From contig CDPCPM010000458.1 in the NCBI GenBank assembly GCA_976551045.1, positions 2,232,001 to 2,296,000 of the forward strand: a stretch of DNA of 64,000 nt. The letters run 5' to 3'. Below are positions 12,880 to 25,825 of this stretch, piece after piece. The first letter of the stretch is position 1; each line of letters begins with the position of its first letter. Origin of the DNA: Glaucostegus cemiculus (lineage: Eukaryota). The notes under the pieces were generated by a model. That model made no database searches. It was given only the letters and a program-made list of their open reading frames with translations, and had not been told where the DNA came from. The position numbers and the translations under genes are program-made.

Positions 12880-14225
12880 TCAGAAAATAGGCACAGGAGT
12901 AGGTTTCTCTGAGACCCGCTCTAATTCTTTTATACCCCAGTGAATTTCAGCCTAATGGACATGGCATCTCCTCATACATCAGTCCTACCATCCCAGGAAT
13001 CAGCCCAGTAAACCTTTCTTGCACTCCTTCCATTGGAAGAAAGCATGTCCTCAGATATTAAGATCAAAATTGCACACAAAACTCTTTCATGTAATGAAGG
13101 CCAACATGCAATTTCCCAACTGATTTAGCAACTGATATACAAAGGTACCTCGGTCACATTGCACCTCCCCTTTTCCCAATCCATCACAGTTCAGATACAA
13201 TCTGCCTTTCTGATTGAATGGATGACCTCATATTTGTCCATGTTAAACTGCATCTGCCACGCATTTTCCCACTCATCCCATTTCCATAAATTACACTGAA
13301 GCCTCTTTGCATCCAGTTCACAGCTCCCCTTTCCGCCCCCCCAACCCCAACCCCTATCCTTGTGTTATATATAAACTTGGAGATGTTATATTTAGTCCCC
13401 TCATCCAAATTATTGGGTATATATTGTGAATAGCAGGGGGCCAAGCACTGATCCATGCCACACCTCACTCAGCACTACCTGCTGTCTGGAAAAGGACGTG
13501 GTTATTCATGATCTCTGATTTTGGTCTATCAACCAAATTCCAATATATGACGGTATATTTTACCCATTCCTATTTGCTTTTCTCTTGTGGGGCCCCATTA
13601 CAAGCCTTCAGAAGGTCCAAATGCACCACATACGCTGGTTGACATTTATCTATCCTTCTAGTTACACCCTCAAAACTTCCAATAGTTTTGTTAAGCAAGA
13701 TTCCCCTTTCATAAACCCATTTTGGTTTTGTCCAGTCCTATTAATATTCTCCTGGTGTTTTATTAGTTTTTAGCATTTTCCCCATGACTGACATTTGGCT
13801 TATTGGTCTGTAATTCCCTCCATTTTTTCATCTTTTTTGTTCAGATCATGGGGTTGTGTTCTGTTCATTACACCCTCCAACCTGTGGGAACAGATTCAAA
13901 ATCTATAGAATTCTGTTAGATGACCACCAATGCATCCATTACTTCCAAGGCCATTTCTTGCATACTCTGGAATCCTTGCAATGTAGATTAACAGAGTCTG
14001 GAGATTTGTTGACCTTTAGATCCATTAATTTCCTGAACATTGCTTCTTTATGAGTATTGATTTCCTTCATTCCCTCCCTTCCTCTACATCCTCAGTTCCC
14101 CAGATTATCCATGACCTCCTTTGTGAAAGACAGAATCAAGATATGTGTTTACTTGTTCCACCATTTCTTTGCTCTCAATTATAATTTCCTTCATTTCTGA
14201 CTGTAGTGGACTTACATTTGCATTT
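12880..14225 (-). mobile_element. Old CR1 LINE ORF2 fragment
   Basis: ORF 13184..13468 contains NNLDEGTKYNISKF (CR1 RT motif NDLDEG...ISKFADD). Confidence 0.75.
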
Positions 14226-14608
14226 GGGAGGTAAGATGCAAGAGAAAAGTCTACACTAAATGACATGATTCTTAAGAGCATTGACGTACAGAGGGATCCT
14301 GGGGTGCAAATCCATAGTTCGCTGAAAGTGGCTGCACAATGTTAAGGGTGGTAAAGAAGGGATGCAGCAGCTTGCCTTCATCAGTTGGGGCGTTGAGTAT
14401 AAAAGTCAGGAAGTCATGCAGCAGCTGTGTTGGTTAGGCCACATTTGGAGTAGGGTGTTCAATTCTGGTCACCGCATGATAGGAAGGATGTAGAGGCTTT
14501 GGAGAGGGTGCAGAAGAGGTTCACCAGGATGTTGCCTGGATTGGAGAGTATTGACTATATGGAGAGGTTGCATAAACTTGGATTGTTTTCTCTGGAGTGT
14601 TGGAGGAT
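14226..14608 (+). mobile_element. CR1 LINE RT fragment
   Basis: ORF 14499.. begins LERVQKRFTRMLPGLESIDYMERLHKLGLFSLE. Confidence 0.9.
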
Positions 14609-15058
14609 TGAAAGACGATGGGCAGGTTGTGCCAGATCGGGGACTGGGGGAGTGTGGGTTAAGTTGGGAGACAGTGGCGGGTGGACGATAGATGGAGACA
14701 GACAAGGGGAAAGTAAATAATGAGAGGCAGGTGGAGCGAGATGGGAGGAGGGGAGAGTGAAGGTGAAGATTGGAGACAGCTGGTGGAGGGAGATAAGCAG
14801 CAACACAAAGGGCTGTCAGAGCTGGAATCTGAGCCGTAAAGGAGGAGAGAATGGGAACCATTAGGGGAGAGGGGAACAGCAGATGGAACCAGACCCAGAT
14901 AGTGGAGGAAGAGGGGGGAAGCCTGTGGGTGAACTCTGCGTGTGTCTGTGTCTGTGTAGAGGGTGGATGGAACCAGGAGGGGGATGAAGATGGATGATGG
15001 GAGGGGGTTGGGGGTGGGAAAGGGACAAAAATGGGAGGAGTGGAAGAGGAGCAGAAGG

Positions 15059-15097
<39 letters not shown>

Positions 15098-15430
15098 GGG
15101 GGGAAGGGAGAGGGAATGAGGTAAAATAAAAAGCATTGGGGGGGGGGGTTACCTAAAATTGGAAAACTGAATGAGTTGTAGGTGGAACACAAGATGTTGG
15201 CTCCCAGTGTTGCTTTCTCTACATCAGCAACACCAAGCTCAGATTGGGCGACTCTTTTGCAGAGCACCTACACTCTGTCTGCAATGGCCATCCTGAGCTC
15301 CCGATTGCATGTCATGTCAACTCCCCCTCGACCTCTCCTTTAACCTATCCCTCCTCGGCCTTCTCCACTGCCAGGGTGAGTCCACAGCCCAATGGTACGA
15401 ACACTTGAGGTTTCCAATTCTAGGTAACTC
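14609..15430. mobile_element. Penelope-like element with inverted arms (3' UTR on minus, GIY-YIG fragment on plus)
   Basis: Plus ~15231-15330 reads TKLRLGDSFAEHLHSVCNGHPELPIACHVNSPS. Minus ~15145-15205 carries the GIY-YIG tail and stop. (GA)n at 15063-15093. Confidence 0.7.
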
Positions 15431-15489
15431 TCCCCTCCGGTGGGGTTTTGCCCCTTCCTTGAGGGGAATTGATGGGAATGTGGGTTGAA

Positions 15490-15993
15490 TATTGGTATTG
15501 GTATTGATATTGGTTTATTATTGTCACTTGTATCGAGGTACAGTGAAAAACTTGTCTTACATACAAATCGTAGAGGGCAGTTCATTACACAGTGCAGTTA
15601 CAAAAGCTGCCTGCAAAATAACTGTGATACTTGGATTTTACTAGTGCACATATTGCACCTGGAGCTGGCTTGTACTTATTAATTTGTGTTAACATGTGGC
15701 CTAAAATAGTACAGAGAGCATTGAGGTAGTACAAGTAAAAACAGTAACACTACAGAGTAAAGTATCACAGCTACAGAGAAAGCTCATGCAGGTAGACAAT
15801 AAGGTGTAAAGTCACAAGGTAGATCATGAGGTCGGAATCCATCTCATCATATAAGTAAATCATTCAATAGCCTTATCACAGTGGGGTAGAAGCTGTCCTT
15901 AAGCCTGGTGGTATGTACCTCAGGCTCCTGTATCTTCTACCTGATGGAAAAGGAGGGAAGAGAGAATGACCTGGGTGGGTGGGGTCTTTGATA
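15490..15993 (-). mobile_element. Rex1/Babar LINE 3' fragment with (ACCAAT)n tail, containing a 114-bp foreign insertion
   Basis: Colinear with the copies at 30985 and 58430 except for 15602-15706. Confidence 0.85.
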
Positions 15994-16812
15994 AAATGTA
16001 TTTGTGTAGGATCAGTGGAAATAGATGCATTATGGTCATTGTTGAGTCAGAGGACTGAAGGGGCTGTTTTTGTATTGTACTTCTCTATGAGCTCCCAAAT
16101 GAAGTAGGATGACAACTGGATTAAATGTAACAACCTCCAGCAACTGTTGCATTTGCCCAAAAAATAGCATTGATCCCATTCCAAGAACAACTGAACGACT
16201 GGGAACTAATCTAGGATGTCCTGGGGACTTGATGAAAAGCTGTCTAACAGCAAGCTCCTTCTCTCCTCATAACAACAATGTTGGAACTTCTACCTGACAC
16301 CCATTCGGTATAATAAACACTCCTATTGACGAAAGGATCTTATTTTGATATTTCCACTCTTAAATAGGGAGCTCTGTATATCAATCTCTGAGCTGTACTG
16401 GCTTTTCTAGGGAACTTAATGGGCTTAAACTGACCCTGAGGTCACTGAGGCCTTTAAAAAAAAAATTCTCCAAGTATTCAGCTACCTGCAAAAAAAGCTG
16501 CCTGCAAAATAACTGTGATACTTGGATTTTACTAGTGCACATATTGCACCTGGAGCTGGCTTGTACTTATTAATTTGTGTTAACATGTGGCCTAATATAG
16601 TACAGACGGAATTTGCTGTGATAAACATTTGAATGAACGGCATCGGTTGTGGTATCTGCCTTCATGAGACCAGCCTCTGATCTCACCAGAGCTCACAAGG
16701 ACTGGAACGCTGTGGTCTTCAGGTATCTCTGGCTTCCCTCTGCGTGTGACTCACGGACATATGGAAGCTGCCAAGGTTTCAAAGTGCATCCAATAGACAT
16801 TCAACCAATGTC

Positions 16813-17106
16813 ACCATGGTAGTGTAGCGGTTAGCACAATGATATTACAACACCAGTGACCCAGGTTCAATTCCCATCACTGTCTGTAAGGAGTCTGTAC
16901 GTTCTCCCCATGTCTGTGTGGGTTTCCTCCAGGTGCTCCTGTTTCCTCCCACACTCCAAAGACATATGGGTTAGGAAGTTATGGGCATGCTATTTTGGTG
17001 CTAGAAGTGTGGTGACACTTGCGGGCTGCCCCAGAACACTCTACGCAAAAGATGCATTTCACTGTGGGTTTCAGTTCACATGTGACCAGTAAGGATATCT
17101 TATCTT
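16813..17106 (+). mobile_element. tRNA-derived SINE (V-SINE core) with Rex/Babar-type tail
   Basis: A-box-like TAGCGGTTAG, B-box GGTTCAATTCC, V core GTGGGTTTCCTCCAGGTGCTCC..TTTCCTCCCAC; multiple copies in the window. Confidence 0.9.
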
Positions 17107-17339
17107 CAGTAGAGGAGCTGAGGCCCAATTCAATGCACCCTGAGCACCAATGTGGTGAACAAGACACCAATCCCAGCCTTTACCTTTTACCTTCCCACTG
17201 CCATCCCCAGCACACTCTGCACCATCACCCCTCCATGAAACCCCCACCCCACTGGACTTGGCCCTATTGGCTGACTGTTTCCCCAACACCTGGGTCTAAA
17301 ACTGGGTCTGGCCATCCCACACTTGGGATGTTGCTGACG

Positions 17340-17560
17340 ATTTGGATGCCCAGTACTCTGACACCTGATACACAGGATGCCCAAGACTCCAGTTCTCTGA
17401 CACCCTGGACCTCCATCTCCAGACCCTTGAAACCCTAGACCCCAGCCTCCTGACCCTTGATACCCCAGATCTCCAGTACTCTGGACTCCTAATATTCCAG
17501 GTCACAAATGTCCCAGATCGCCAATACTCTAGGTGATTGCCCCTCCGGACTGCCATAGAT
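17340..17560. repeat. Degenerate ~20-bp minisatellite
   Basis: Recurrent CCAG(T)ACTCTG / CTGACACCCTGGA / GACCCTTGA motifs. Confidence 0.55.
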
Positions 17561-18341
17561 TCGTTTCATGGGATTCCCCCATACGCCAGACCACCATGTC
17601 ATATTCATTATTGGCACCTGGTTGTTGTCAGTTGCATCTTCCACACATTTTCTTTTAAATTGTACATATAAATTGTGCATTTAAAATGTCATTTGCATAA
17701 TAGAGCTTCCTGAGGCTCTTCAGAAATGGTGGGGCTGAAGGAGAACAGAGGTGGGAGGTACAGAGGAACAAAATTTGCTTTTAAAACACTGCACTAGAGT
17801 TGCTCCTTGATATTTCTCAATGTAAAAGCCAACATGGGCCACATTCTTTACAGGTCTGTTGCTGTAAACTCATCTTGGATACAACAGAATACAGAGCACA
17901 CATCGAAAACAGGGTCAGGGTGGGCTCTGGGGATTAGGAAGGAGAGGGGTTCACGTGTCAGGGGACTGTTTGGGGTGAGGAGGATAGCTGGGGAGAACTT
18001 GGCTCCTTGTCAGGAGTGGATATTGGTGAACAGGAGGTTGGGGTCAAAGGTGATTAGAAATTAGTGATTTGTGGGGTCACTGATAAGGAAACAGAGGGAT
18101 TGGAAAGGCTGGGGTTGGAGTCCAGGTGCCCCTGAATTAATTTCCTGACCAAGCCTGCTGCTGGAATGTTATCATCTGACCCATGCCTTTGTCAGGGACT
18201 GCGTCAGAACCATGACCTGAAATCCCAGTCACATGTCCAAAGTGGTGAGGTCCGACTCAGAAATGGCCGCCAGGGCAGTTTACTTCAGAAAATATCCAAC
18301 TATCAAATATGCAGGCTCAAAAAAGCGGTGAAAATGTTGGG

Positions 18342-18451
18342 AGACATAATGGTATGTCAAATAGAGCATCTGCCTCACAGGTCCAGAGACCTAGGTTCAA
18401 TTCTGACCTCCAGTGCTGTCTGTGTGGAGTTTGCATGTTCTTCCTGTGACC
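18342..18451 (+). mobile_element. HE1-like SINE head fragment
   Basis: TGCCTCACAG.TCCAGAGACCTAGGTTCAATTCTGACCTC...GTGTGGAGTTTGCATGTTC. Confidence 0.75.
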
Positions 18452-18496
18452 TCTGTATGATCAGAGAGAACCAAAGGACCTGGCTCCATGTTGATA

Positions 18497-18904
18497 TGTG
18501 TCAATGTTGATTAAAGAGCAAGATCACAGACAACCCAAATGCAGCACATTGGTACAAGATTGGAGTCAGGATACTTCCTCAGGACCAAACACAGGCAACA
18601 CTGGAAGGAAATCTTGCCTTGGAGATCTGAGTAGTAATCCCAACACAAACTGAATCTTCAAACAGGAATAGAGAACACAGGACTGCTCTGGAGTAGACCA
18701 CTCTAAACAGCTAGGAGCCAAAGTATACCTGAAGGTTGACCAATCCTCTGGTAACTAGTGCTAGAGAAACCCAGGTACTTATGCTAGGCCCCTGATGGGG
18801 CTCAGGTGTGTGTCATTGTGCAATCAGTCCCGCATGGAATCCATGTGCTGTACAACGAGGCATCTAAGGAACCAAATCAAGGGCCAGTATTCAGAATCAT
18901 GACA
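18497..18904 (-). mobile_element. Solo LTR, family A, copy 1
   Basis: Homologous end to end with copies 2-4; ends TGACA; flanked by GATA(TG) direct repeats (TSD length ambiguous, 4-6 bp). Strand is inferred. Confidence 0.85.
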
Positions 18905-20059
18905 GATATGTGTTGAACTCTCTGAGAATATTGTTAGCAAGGATGTGGTAAACAAGCTACCATGAGTGAAAATGGTGTTATCCACAAACTGTGTTTCCCT
19001 CCCGTGTCTTTTGTTTGGGACAAGGGCGGGTGGCATTGTGGCCATCTGAGGTGGTACATTGGTTTGACTTAGCTGTGGCAGGGGAAGAAGGGGTGGTTGG
19101 CACTCTGCCCAGACACACATCCCGCTGCTGAATTTGTGGGAATTGTTCTTCCATTGCCTCCTGGCATTTGGCTCCTTCAACGTGTCAGTAAGAGTCTGAA
19201 TGAGCCCAGTCTGGGAGCATACTCTGCAGGGTGCCTGGCCTCCAATTCTTCAGCCACCCCAACAGTAAAGATCTTTGTTTCAAATCTGAGACCTAACAGT
19301 GGAGGCGGGAGCTGCAGGAGAAGTCCTTCCAGTCCACAGCATTGTGATCACCCTGTACCATCCACCCATTGCCTCCAGAGTCTGACCAAGCCTCTCTGCC
19401 AGATCACAGCTGGCAAGATGTGTGTGGTGCCAGCTGCCTATCAAGGGGTGAGCCGATCCTTCTGGTCACCTGGAGTCCACTGACGGGACGTGGGCCAATT
19501 TCTACTGCTCCCTGGCTTCTTGGTTAAGGCACTGCCAGTTACTTTGTCTCTCTCCCTCTCCATCTAATACTCTCACAGAATATATTGTTCTGCAGTAATA
19601 GCTGATCTGAAATTCCCTCACTTATTCTCCTTATACTGCATAAACACCATCCTACACACTGTTCCTGTCAAGTCCTAACTGAAATTTCAGAAACACTTCA
19701 AGTTACTTTGTGTACATTTATGAATATTTATGACTGTTCAACTAAGCTACCATGTGCTCTTAATGAGATTAATGCATTGTCATAGTCTCCATGTGTTTCA
19801 TTGCCCTTTTTATACCTTTTGATGTGAAATTTTTATGCAGTATTTATAATAGTGTAAGATATCAAACAAAGCAAGCCTTTGTTTAATTTGCCTGTGCTGC
19901 TGAGTGAAGCTCCTGTTATCTCAGACACTCAACCTCTGAGTAGCTGCATTCTGCTTTGTTCATTCAAGTCCTCAAAGCAATTATAAACAGCTAAATTTGG
20001 CTAAAATGACATAATAAGTCCTGCCTATCTGGCTTTTTTTTATCAGTGTGTTTCTGTGG

Positions 20060-20166
20060 CTGTTTCTCTCTGTCCGTCTGTCTCTCTCTGCCTCTCTCTC
20101 TATCTAACCATCTATCTCTCCCTCAGTCTCTATCTCACTCTCACTCTCTCTCTCTGACCCTCTCCT
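20060..20166. repeat. (CT)n-rich microsatellite
   Basis: Direct reading. Confidence 0.9.
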
Positions 20167-21654
20167 GCCTCATTTTGTCAACAAGGAATAAGGGTAGAGA
20201 TTGTGAATCCCACCCAGATGATGAAAGGACACATGAGACGAGGCAAATATGATTAATGAGCTTCTGCCACAAGTAGCCATGTGGGATTATAATACCGGAG
20301 CAAGCCAGGGCACTTAATATTTCTGGCTGCAACGTATTCAGAAAAGGTGGGAAATGATGAGTGGTGTGGCAATATTGATCAAAGGTCCTGTTACAGGGAT
20401 GATGTACTTGCAGCTTTAAAGACTGAGGGAGAGAAATCAGCCTTTGGTTACTAATTATGTTGTGTGAGAGTGGTAGCTGCTGCTTTGCACGCATCTCTGT
20501 GCGCTCAGCTTCACTGCAGCCAGACGTACTGTGGTGAGCACACCAGCAACGGATGCCTGCTGGTGACCAACCCATTACTCCCCAGTATCCAACCAATTCA
20601 AATTAAGGAGAGGGCTGCTGCTGGGTGCATTCCACATGACATCAAGTAGTGGGAAGAAAGTGGAGGATCGAATCAACAGGCAAGGAAGTTCACGGTACAA
20701 AATTAAGGAAAGCTTAATTATCCAATAAAGACTGATGAAAAAAAAAGTGTAAAGATAAAATGGCGAGGAGTTCCTGAAATGTCGTAACATTCCTTTCCAA
20801 CACCAGAACGATGGACTGAATTTCCACCACCTTTCTTTATGAGCATTCCTCATTAACCAACATTCTGGGGGCCAATTGGGAAATATTACCCCACAGCGGG
20901 CAACAAATTGTCCTCAGTATGATGGGAGTAATTGCTCAGTGCACAGTGGCTTAATTGGCTAAGTCTAATCTGAGAGGCTGTGTGTGCCCAGATGAAACCG
21001 TCCAATTGTATAGGATAATTGTTGGACTTATTGAACATCCATCACTAGCAAGAGTTACAACGAAAGTTAACTACAGTGTCAGTAAAATCAGTACTGTTAA
21101 AGATGAAATTAATTAATAATCATTCAAGAACAAGGATGGTGCGTCACGCAAGTGGTTTATCTCCAAGAACAATCAGCAGAATACGCAATCTACTGTTGCC
21201 ACACATGGATGCAGTCAGATAAATAATATCACATCCAGTGAGTGTCTATAATTAATCTACAAACTGCCATTTACTTTGGGAGTAACCATGAGAAATCAGA
21301 GCATAGTAACAGGAGCAGATCAATCGGACACCCGGGTTACCTTGGATTCTCTCCCATAAACACCAGCCCTGAGACTTGGGCTTTGTTGTGCATTTCTGAA
21401 CAACCTGGGGGTGGGGAGCAGAAAAGCTGGGAGAACAATCGTCGTAACTCCCCACAATATTCACCATTCTTCATTACCGGATTCTAAGGAAGATTTGGGT
21501 GAGCACAGAATTGGACTGGCCAGTGTCCTTCCAACATTTTCTTCACAAGAAAACTTGGTCTTGGATGAGATACTGGAGGATGGAAGGAATCTGTCAACTA
21601 CACAGAATCTATAACATGAAAATATGTTGCTTATCCTAAATGCATTGTGCAAGT

Positions 21655-22385
21655 GAACATAGAATGTAGAACATTAAAGCACAGTACAGGCCCTTCGGCC
21701 CACAATGTTGTGCTTGTTACAATGTTGATTGAAGAGCAAGCTCACAGAGAACCCAAATGCGGCACACTGGTACAAGACTGGAGTCAGGATACTTCCTCAG
21801 GACTGGACACAAGCAACACTGGAAGGAATCTTGCCTCGGAGATCTGAGTAGTAATCCCAACATGAACTGAATCTTCAAGCAGGACGAGAGAACGCAGGAC
21901 TGCTCTGGAGTAGACCACTCTAAGCAGCTAGGAGCCAAAGTAAACCCGAAGGTAGACCAATACTCTGGCAACTAGTGCTACGGAAACCCAGGTACTTATG
22001 CTAGGCCCCTGATGGGGCTCAGGTGTGTGTCATTGTGCAATCAGTCCAGCATGGAATCCATGTGCTGTACAACGAGGCATCCAAGGAACCAAATCAAGGG
22101 CCAGTACTCAGAATCATGACAGTGCTGACATTTTATCCTGCTCTAAGATCTATCTAACCCTTCCCTCCCATGTAGTCCTCCTTTTTTCTGTCATTCATTT
22201 GGCTATCTAAGAGTTTCTAAAATGTCCCTAATGTATCTGCCCCCCCCCCACCTCTATCGGCAGTGCGTTCCACACACCCACCACTCTCTGTGTAAAAAAC
22301 TTACCTCTGATATCCCCCTTATACCTTCCTCCAATTACCTTAAAATTATGCCCCCTTGTGTTAGCTATTTTCACCCTGGGAAGAA
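21655..22385 (-). mobile_element. CR1 LINE 3' end split by solo LTR copy 2
   Basis: Flanks rejoin to match the uninterrupted CR1 3' end at 62790-63080. Confidence 0.9.
21715..22121 (-). mobile_element. Solo LTR, family A, copy 2
   Basis: TGTTACAATG...ATCATGACA with perfect 5-bp TSD GTGCT (21710-21714 and 22122-22126). Confidence 0.92.
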
Positions 22386-22455
22386 GCCTCTTTGTTTTAG
22401 ATGTCCATGTCAGAAGAAATTAAGGGCAGAAATCTCCATCTTCTGGCTTGTTTTT

Positions 22456-23060
22456 GTCAAAGTCAAAGTTGAATTTACTGTCATATGCCTTCGTACATGT
22501 GTGCACAGGTGCAATGAAAAACTTACTTACAGCAGCATCACTGGCACATAGCATCACATAAGCAGCAATTGAGCAAAAAAACCCAAAAATTACATGTATA
22601 ATTCAAAATTTTTACAAGAAAGAACACAATTAGAACAAAAAAAATAAGGTTCATCTTAGCGCAGTGATCAAAGTGTTGCTATACTGAAGTAGTGATTAGG
22701 GTTGTGCCGGTTGGTTCAAAAACTAAATGGTTGAAGGGAAGTAGTGTTCCCTGAACCTGCTGGTGTGGGACATCAAGCTCCTGTACCTCCCGCCCGATAA
22801 TAGCTATGAGAAGATGGCATGGCCCAGATGGTGATCTTTGATGATGGATATTGCCTTCTTGAGGCAGCGCATCATGTAGATACTACCGATGGTGGGGAGG
22901 AATATGCCTGGAATTGGGCAGAGTCCACTACTCTTTGCAGTTTCTCATGATCCTGTGCATTTGAATTGCCATACCAGACCCTGATGCAACCAGTCAGGTT
23001 GCTTTCAACAGTGCATCTGTAGAAGTTTGCAAGAGTGTTCGTTGTCAAGTTGAACCACAA
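22456..23060 (-). mobile_element. Rex1/Babar LINE 3' fragment
   Basis: ORF 22872..23093 has TLANFYRCTVESNLTGCIRVWYGNSNAQDHEKLQRVV. (CTTTGA)n-type tail. Confidence 0.9.
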
Positions 23061-23876
23061 TGCAATTGCATTTGAATGCTCCTGACAGGACATTATATTG
23101 ATGTCATGAAACTACATATCTGTGCAGCATGTAAAATACTGTCTGGTGCTTCTACACTCATGAAGTGCTTATGCAAGCAAAACAGGTTGCCCACAATTAA
23201 CATTACATTTGTGCAAGCCTCCTCTGCTGAAACGACATCATGTTTGATTGATCAGGGAACAGCATGAGCAGGGATATAGCTGCTAATAGCAAGAGCAGGA
23301 GTTGCAGGACACAGAGCATTCAAAACAGGAGCAAGATCAGCCATCCAGGCCTTTGAGCCTGCTCCAACATTCATCAACATCATGGCTGATCTACCACCTC
23401 GCTGTCATTTTCCTGCACGATCAACATGTCCCTTGATTTCCTAAATATCTAGAAACTTATCTGTCCCTGTTCTGACTGATCACAATGATTAAGCTTATAG
23501 AAATCTCCAAGATAGAGAATTCCAAAGGTTCACCACTCCCTTGAAAAAATTTCTCCTCAGCTCCATCACTAACATCCTGCTCCCTATTCTGCAACTATGC
23601 CCCTGGCTTTAGACTCGGGAAACATCCTTTCCAGCCTACCAATCCCTGTATGAATTTTCAAGGAGATCCTCTCTCATTCTTCTAAAATCTATTTAATCTC
23701 TCCTCACACCCTATTTCCTTTCTCCTCTCTTCCTTCTATGACAAGACCAAAAGTGTACACAATATTTTAGGTGCCGTCTCACCATGGCCCTGTACAACTT
23801 CAGCAAGACTTGATTGTCCTTTATTCAGACCCTCTAGTTTTAAAGACTAATATACCATTTGCTAATTTCTTCCTAA

Positions 23877-24550
23877 AAAGCAGGCGGTGATGAAGGCTAA
23901 TGGAATGTTGACCTGTATTACAAGGGGAATTGAGTAAAAGAGCAAAGAAATTCTTTTGCATTTGTACAGGGCTCTGGTGAGACCGCTCCTGGAGTATTGT
24001 GTACAGTTTTGGACTCCGGGGTTGAGGAAGGATGTCCTGGCTATAGAGGGCATGCAGCATAGGTTTACAAGGTTAATTCCAGGGATGTCGGGGCTGTCTT
24101 ATGCAGAGAGGTTGGATAGACTGGGATTGTACACGCTGGAATTGAGAAGATTGAGAGGGGATCAGATTGAAACATACAAGATTGTTAAGGGATTGGACAA
24201 GATAGAGACAGGAAATATGTTCCAGATGTTGGGGAAGTCCAGGACCAGAGGGCATGATTTAAGAATAAGGAGTAGGCCATTTAGGACAGAGGTGAGGAAA
24301 AACTTCTTCTCCCAGAGGGTTGTGAGTTTGTGGAATGCACTGCCTCAGAGGGCAGTGGAGGCCAATTCTCTGGGCACTTTCAAGAAGGAGCTAGATAGGT
24401 TTCTTATAGATAGGGGAATCAAGGGATATGGGGACAAGGCAGGAACGGGATACTGAGTGTTGAGGATCAGCCATGATCTCAAAATAGCGGAGCAGACTCG
24501 AAGGGCCAAATGGTCTACTTCTGCTCCTATTGTCTATTGTCTATTGTCTA
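23877..24550 (+). mobile_element. Young 5'-truncated CR1 LINE with (CTATTGT)n tail
   Basis: ORF 23956..24456 is an uninterrupted RT C-terminus (LYRALVRPLLEYCVQFW...FFSQRVVSLWNALP). CTAA at both junctions. Confidence 0.95.
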
Positions 24551-25001
24551 ATTGCTCATTTCACCTGCAGTGACTTGTGAACAAATGCACCTGGGTCTAT
24601 GTGAACAATAAGTCCATTCAATCACTCACCATTTTACAAATACTCTGCTATTTTTGTAATGTTCACCAGAGTGGATTACCTCACATTTTTCCACATTGTA
24701 TTCCTTCTGCCACACTTTTGCCCACACACCCAACTTGTTCACATCCCCCTGAAGCCTCCATGTCCCCACCAAACTCATAATCCCACCATTTGGTGTCCAG
24801 TAAACAAAGAAAAATGACATACAATCCCCTTGGCCGAATAATTTATACAGATGCATCAGTCCCTGGGGTAACCCACAAGTCATCACAGAAGGATCCATTT
24901 ACTCCCTTTCTTTGCTTTCTGTTTTATAACCAAGCTTCAATCCAGTATATTGCCTCAAATTCCATGTGCTCTAATCATTCACCAACTTCCTGTATAAGAC
25001 T

Positions 25002-25449
25002 CGGAATCAGTTTTATTGTCACCATTGTATACACACTCAGTATGCACAGGAGCGAAATACCGTACTCCACAGATCAAGGTGCTCGTCACATTAAAAAAAA
25101 CAATGAGAGACACAAAGACAGAAAGACATTAACAACATTAGAACCACAAAATTAAATAGCGAACTCGAATAAACAAGCTTAAAGTAAGTGTACTGAGGCA
25201 GCAGACAACAGACATTTAAAGTGCTGGTGCATTTCTGTACGCCTAGCATCCTTTGGTGTTGGCAGGAGGGATGGAGGGATGAGGGAGTTCATGGTTCTGA
25301 TAGCTTGTGGGAAGAAGCTATTGCACAGTCTGGTAGTCCTTGCCCGGATGCACTGGAGCCTTCTTCCAGATGGCAAGAGTGTAAAGAGGTGGTAGGAGGG
25401 ATGAGAAGGGTCAGACATTATGTTTGTGACCTTTCTGACACATTCTTCT
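25002..25449 (-). mobile_element. Rex1/Babar LINE 3' fragment with TSD
   Basis: ORF 25179..25481 has DPSHPSYHLFTLLPSGRRLQCIRARTTRLCNSFFPQAIR. TSD TGTATAAGACT (24991-25001) / TGTGTAAGACT (25450-25460). Confidence 0.9.
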
Positions 25450-25667
25450 TGTGTAAGACTTTGAAAATCTAAATACTCCACACCTTCCTTATCTATTCAA
25501 CTAGTCATATCTGCAAAGAACTCCAGCTGATTAATCAAATATGATTTTCCTTCATAAATCCAAACTGATTCTGCTCAATTCTATTACTCTTTTCAAAATG
25601 CTCTGTAATTGCCTCCTGATTATAGATTCTGGCATTTTCTCTGGTATTGACACAAGGCTAACAGTTC

Positions 25668-25825
25668 AGGAGACACAAGAGACTTTAGATACTGGAATCT
25701 GGAGCAAAGAAATAAACTGTTAGAGGAACTCAACATGTCAGGCAGCATCAGTGGAGGGTAAGGGACAGTCAACGTTTCTGGTTGAGACCCTTTAGCTGGA
25801 CTGGAGACTGGAGACCCTTCATCTG
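25668..25825 (-). mobile_element. Penelope pseudo-LTR end fragment
   Basis: GGAGACACAAGAGAC...GAGGAACTCAA...GAGACCC with a decayed hammerhead. Confidence 0.75.

Larger units (their letters stand above)
23320..25665 (-). mobile_element. Old CR1 LINE fragment hosting two younger insertions (23877-24547 and 25002-25449)
   Basis: ORF 24626..24898 has RLQGDVNKLGVWAKVWQKEYNVEKCEVIH. Flanks rejoin as TTCCTAA|TTGCTC. Confidence 0.8.

Noticed and set aside
18497-22121. Same-orientation LTR copies 1 and 2 as the two ends of one provirus
   Set aside because: Each copy has its own TSD and the intervening DNA has no PBS, PPT or gag/pol.
23956-24456. Intact 166-aa RT ORF as a possible domesticated gene
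   Set aside because: It is a 5'-truncated young CR1 with its own tail and an in-frame stop just upstream; youth explains the open frame.
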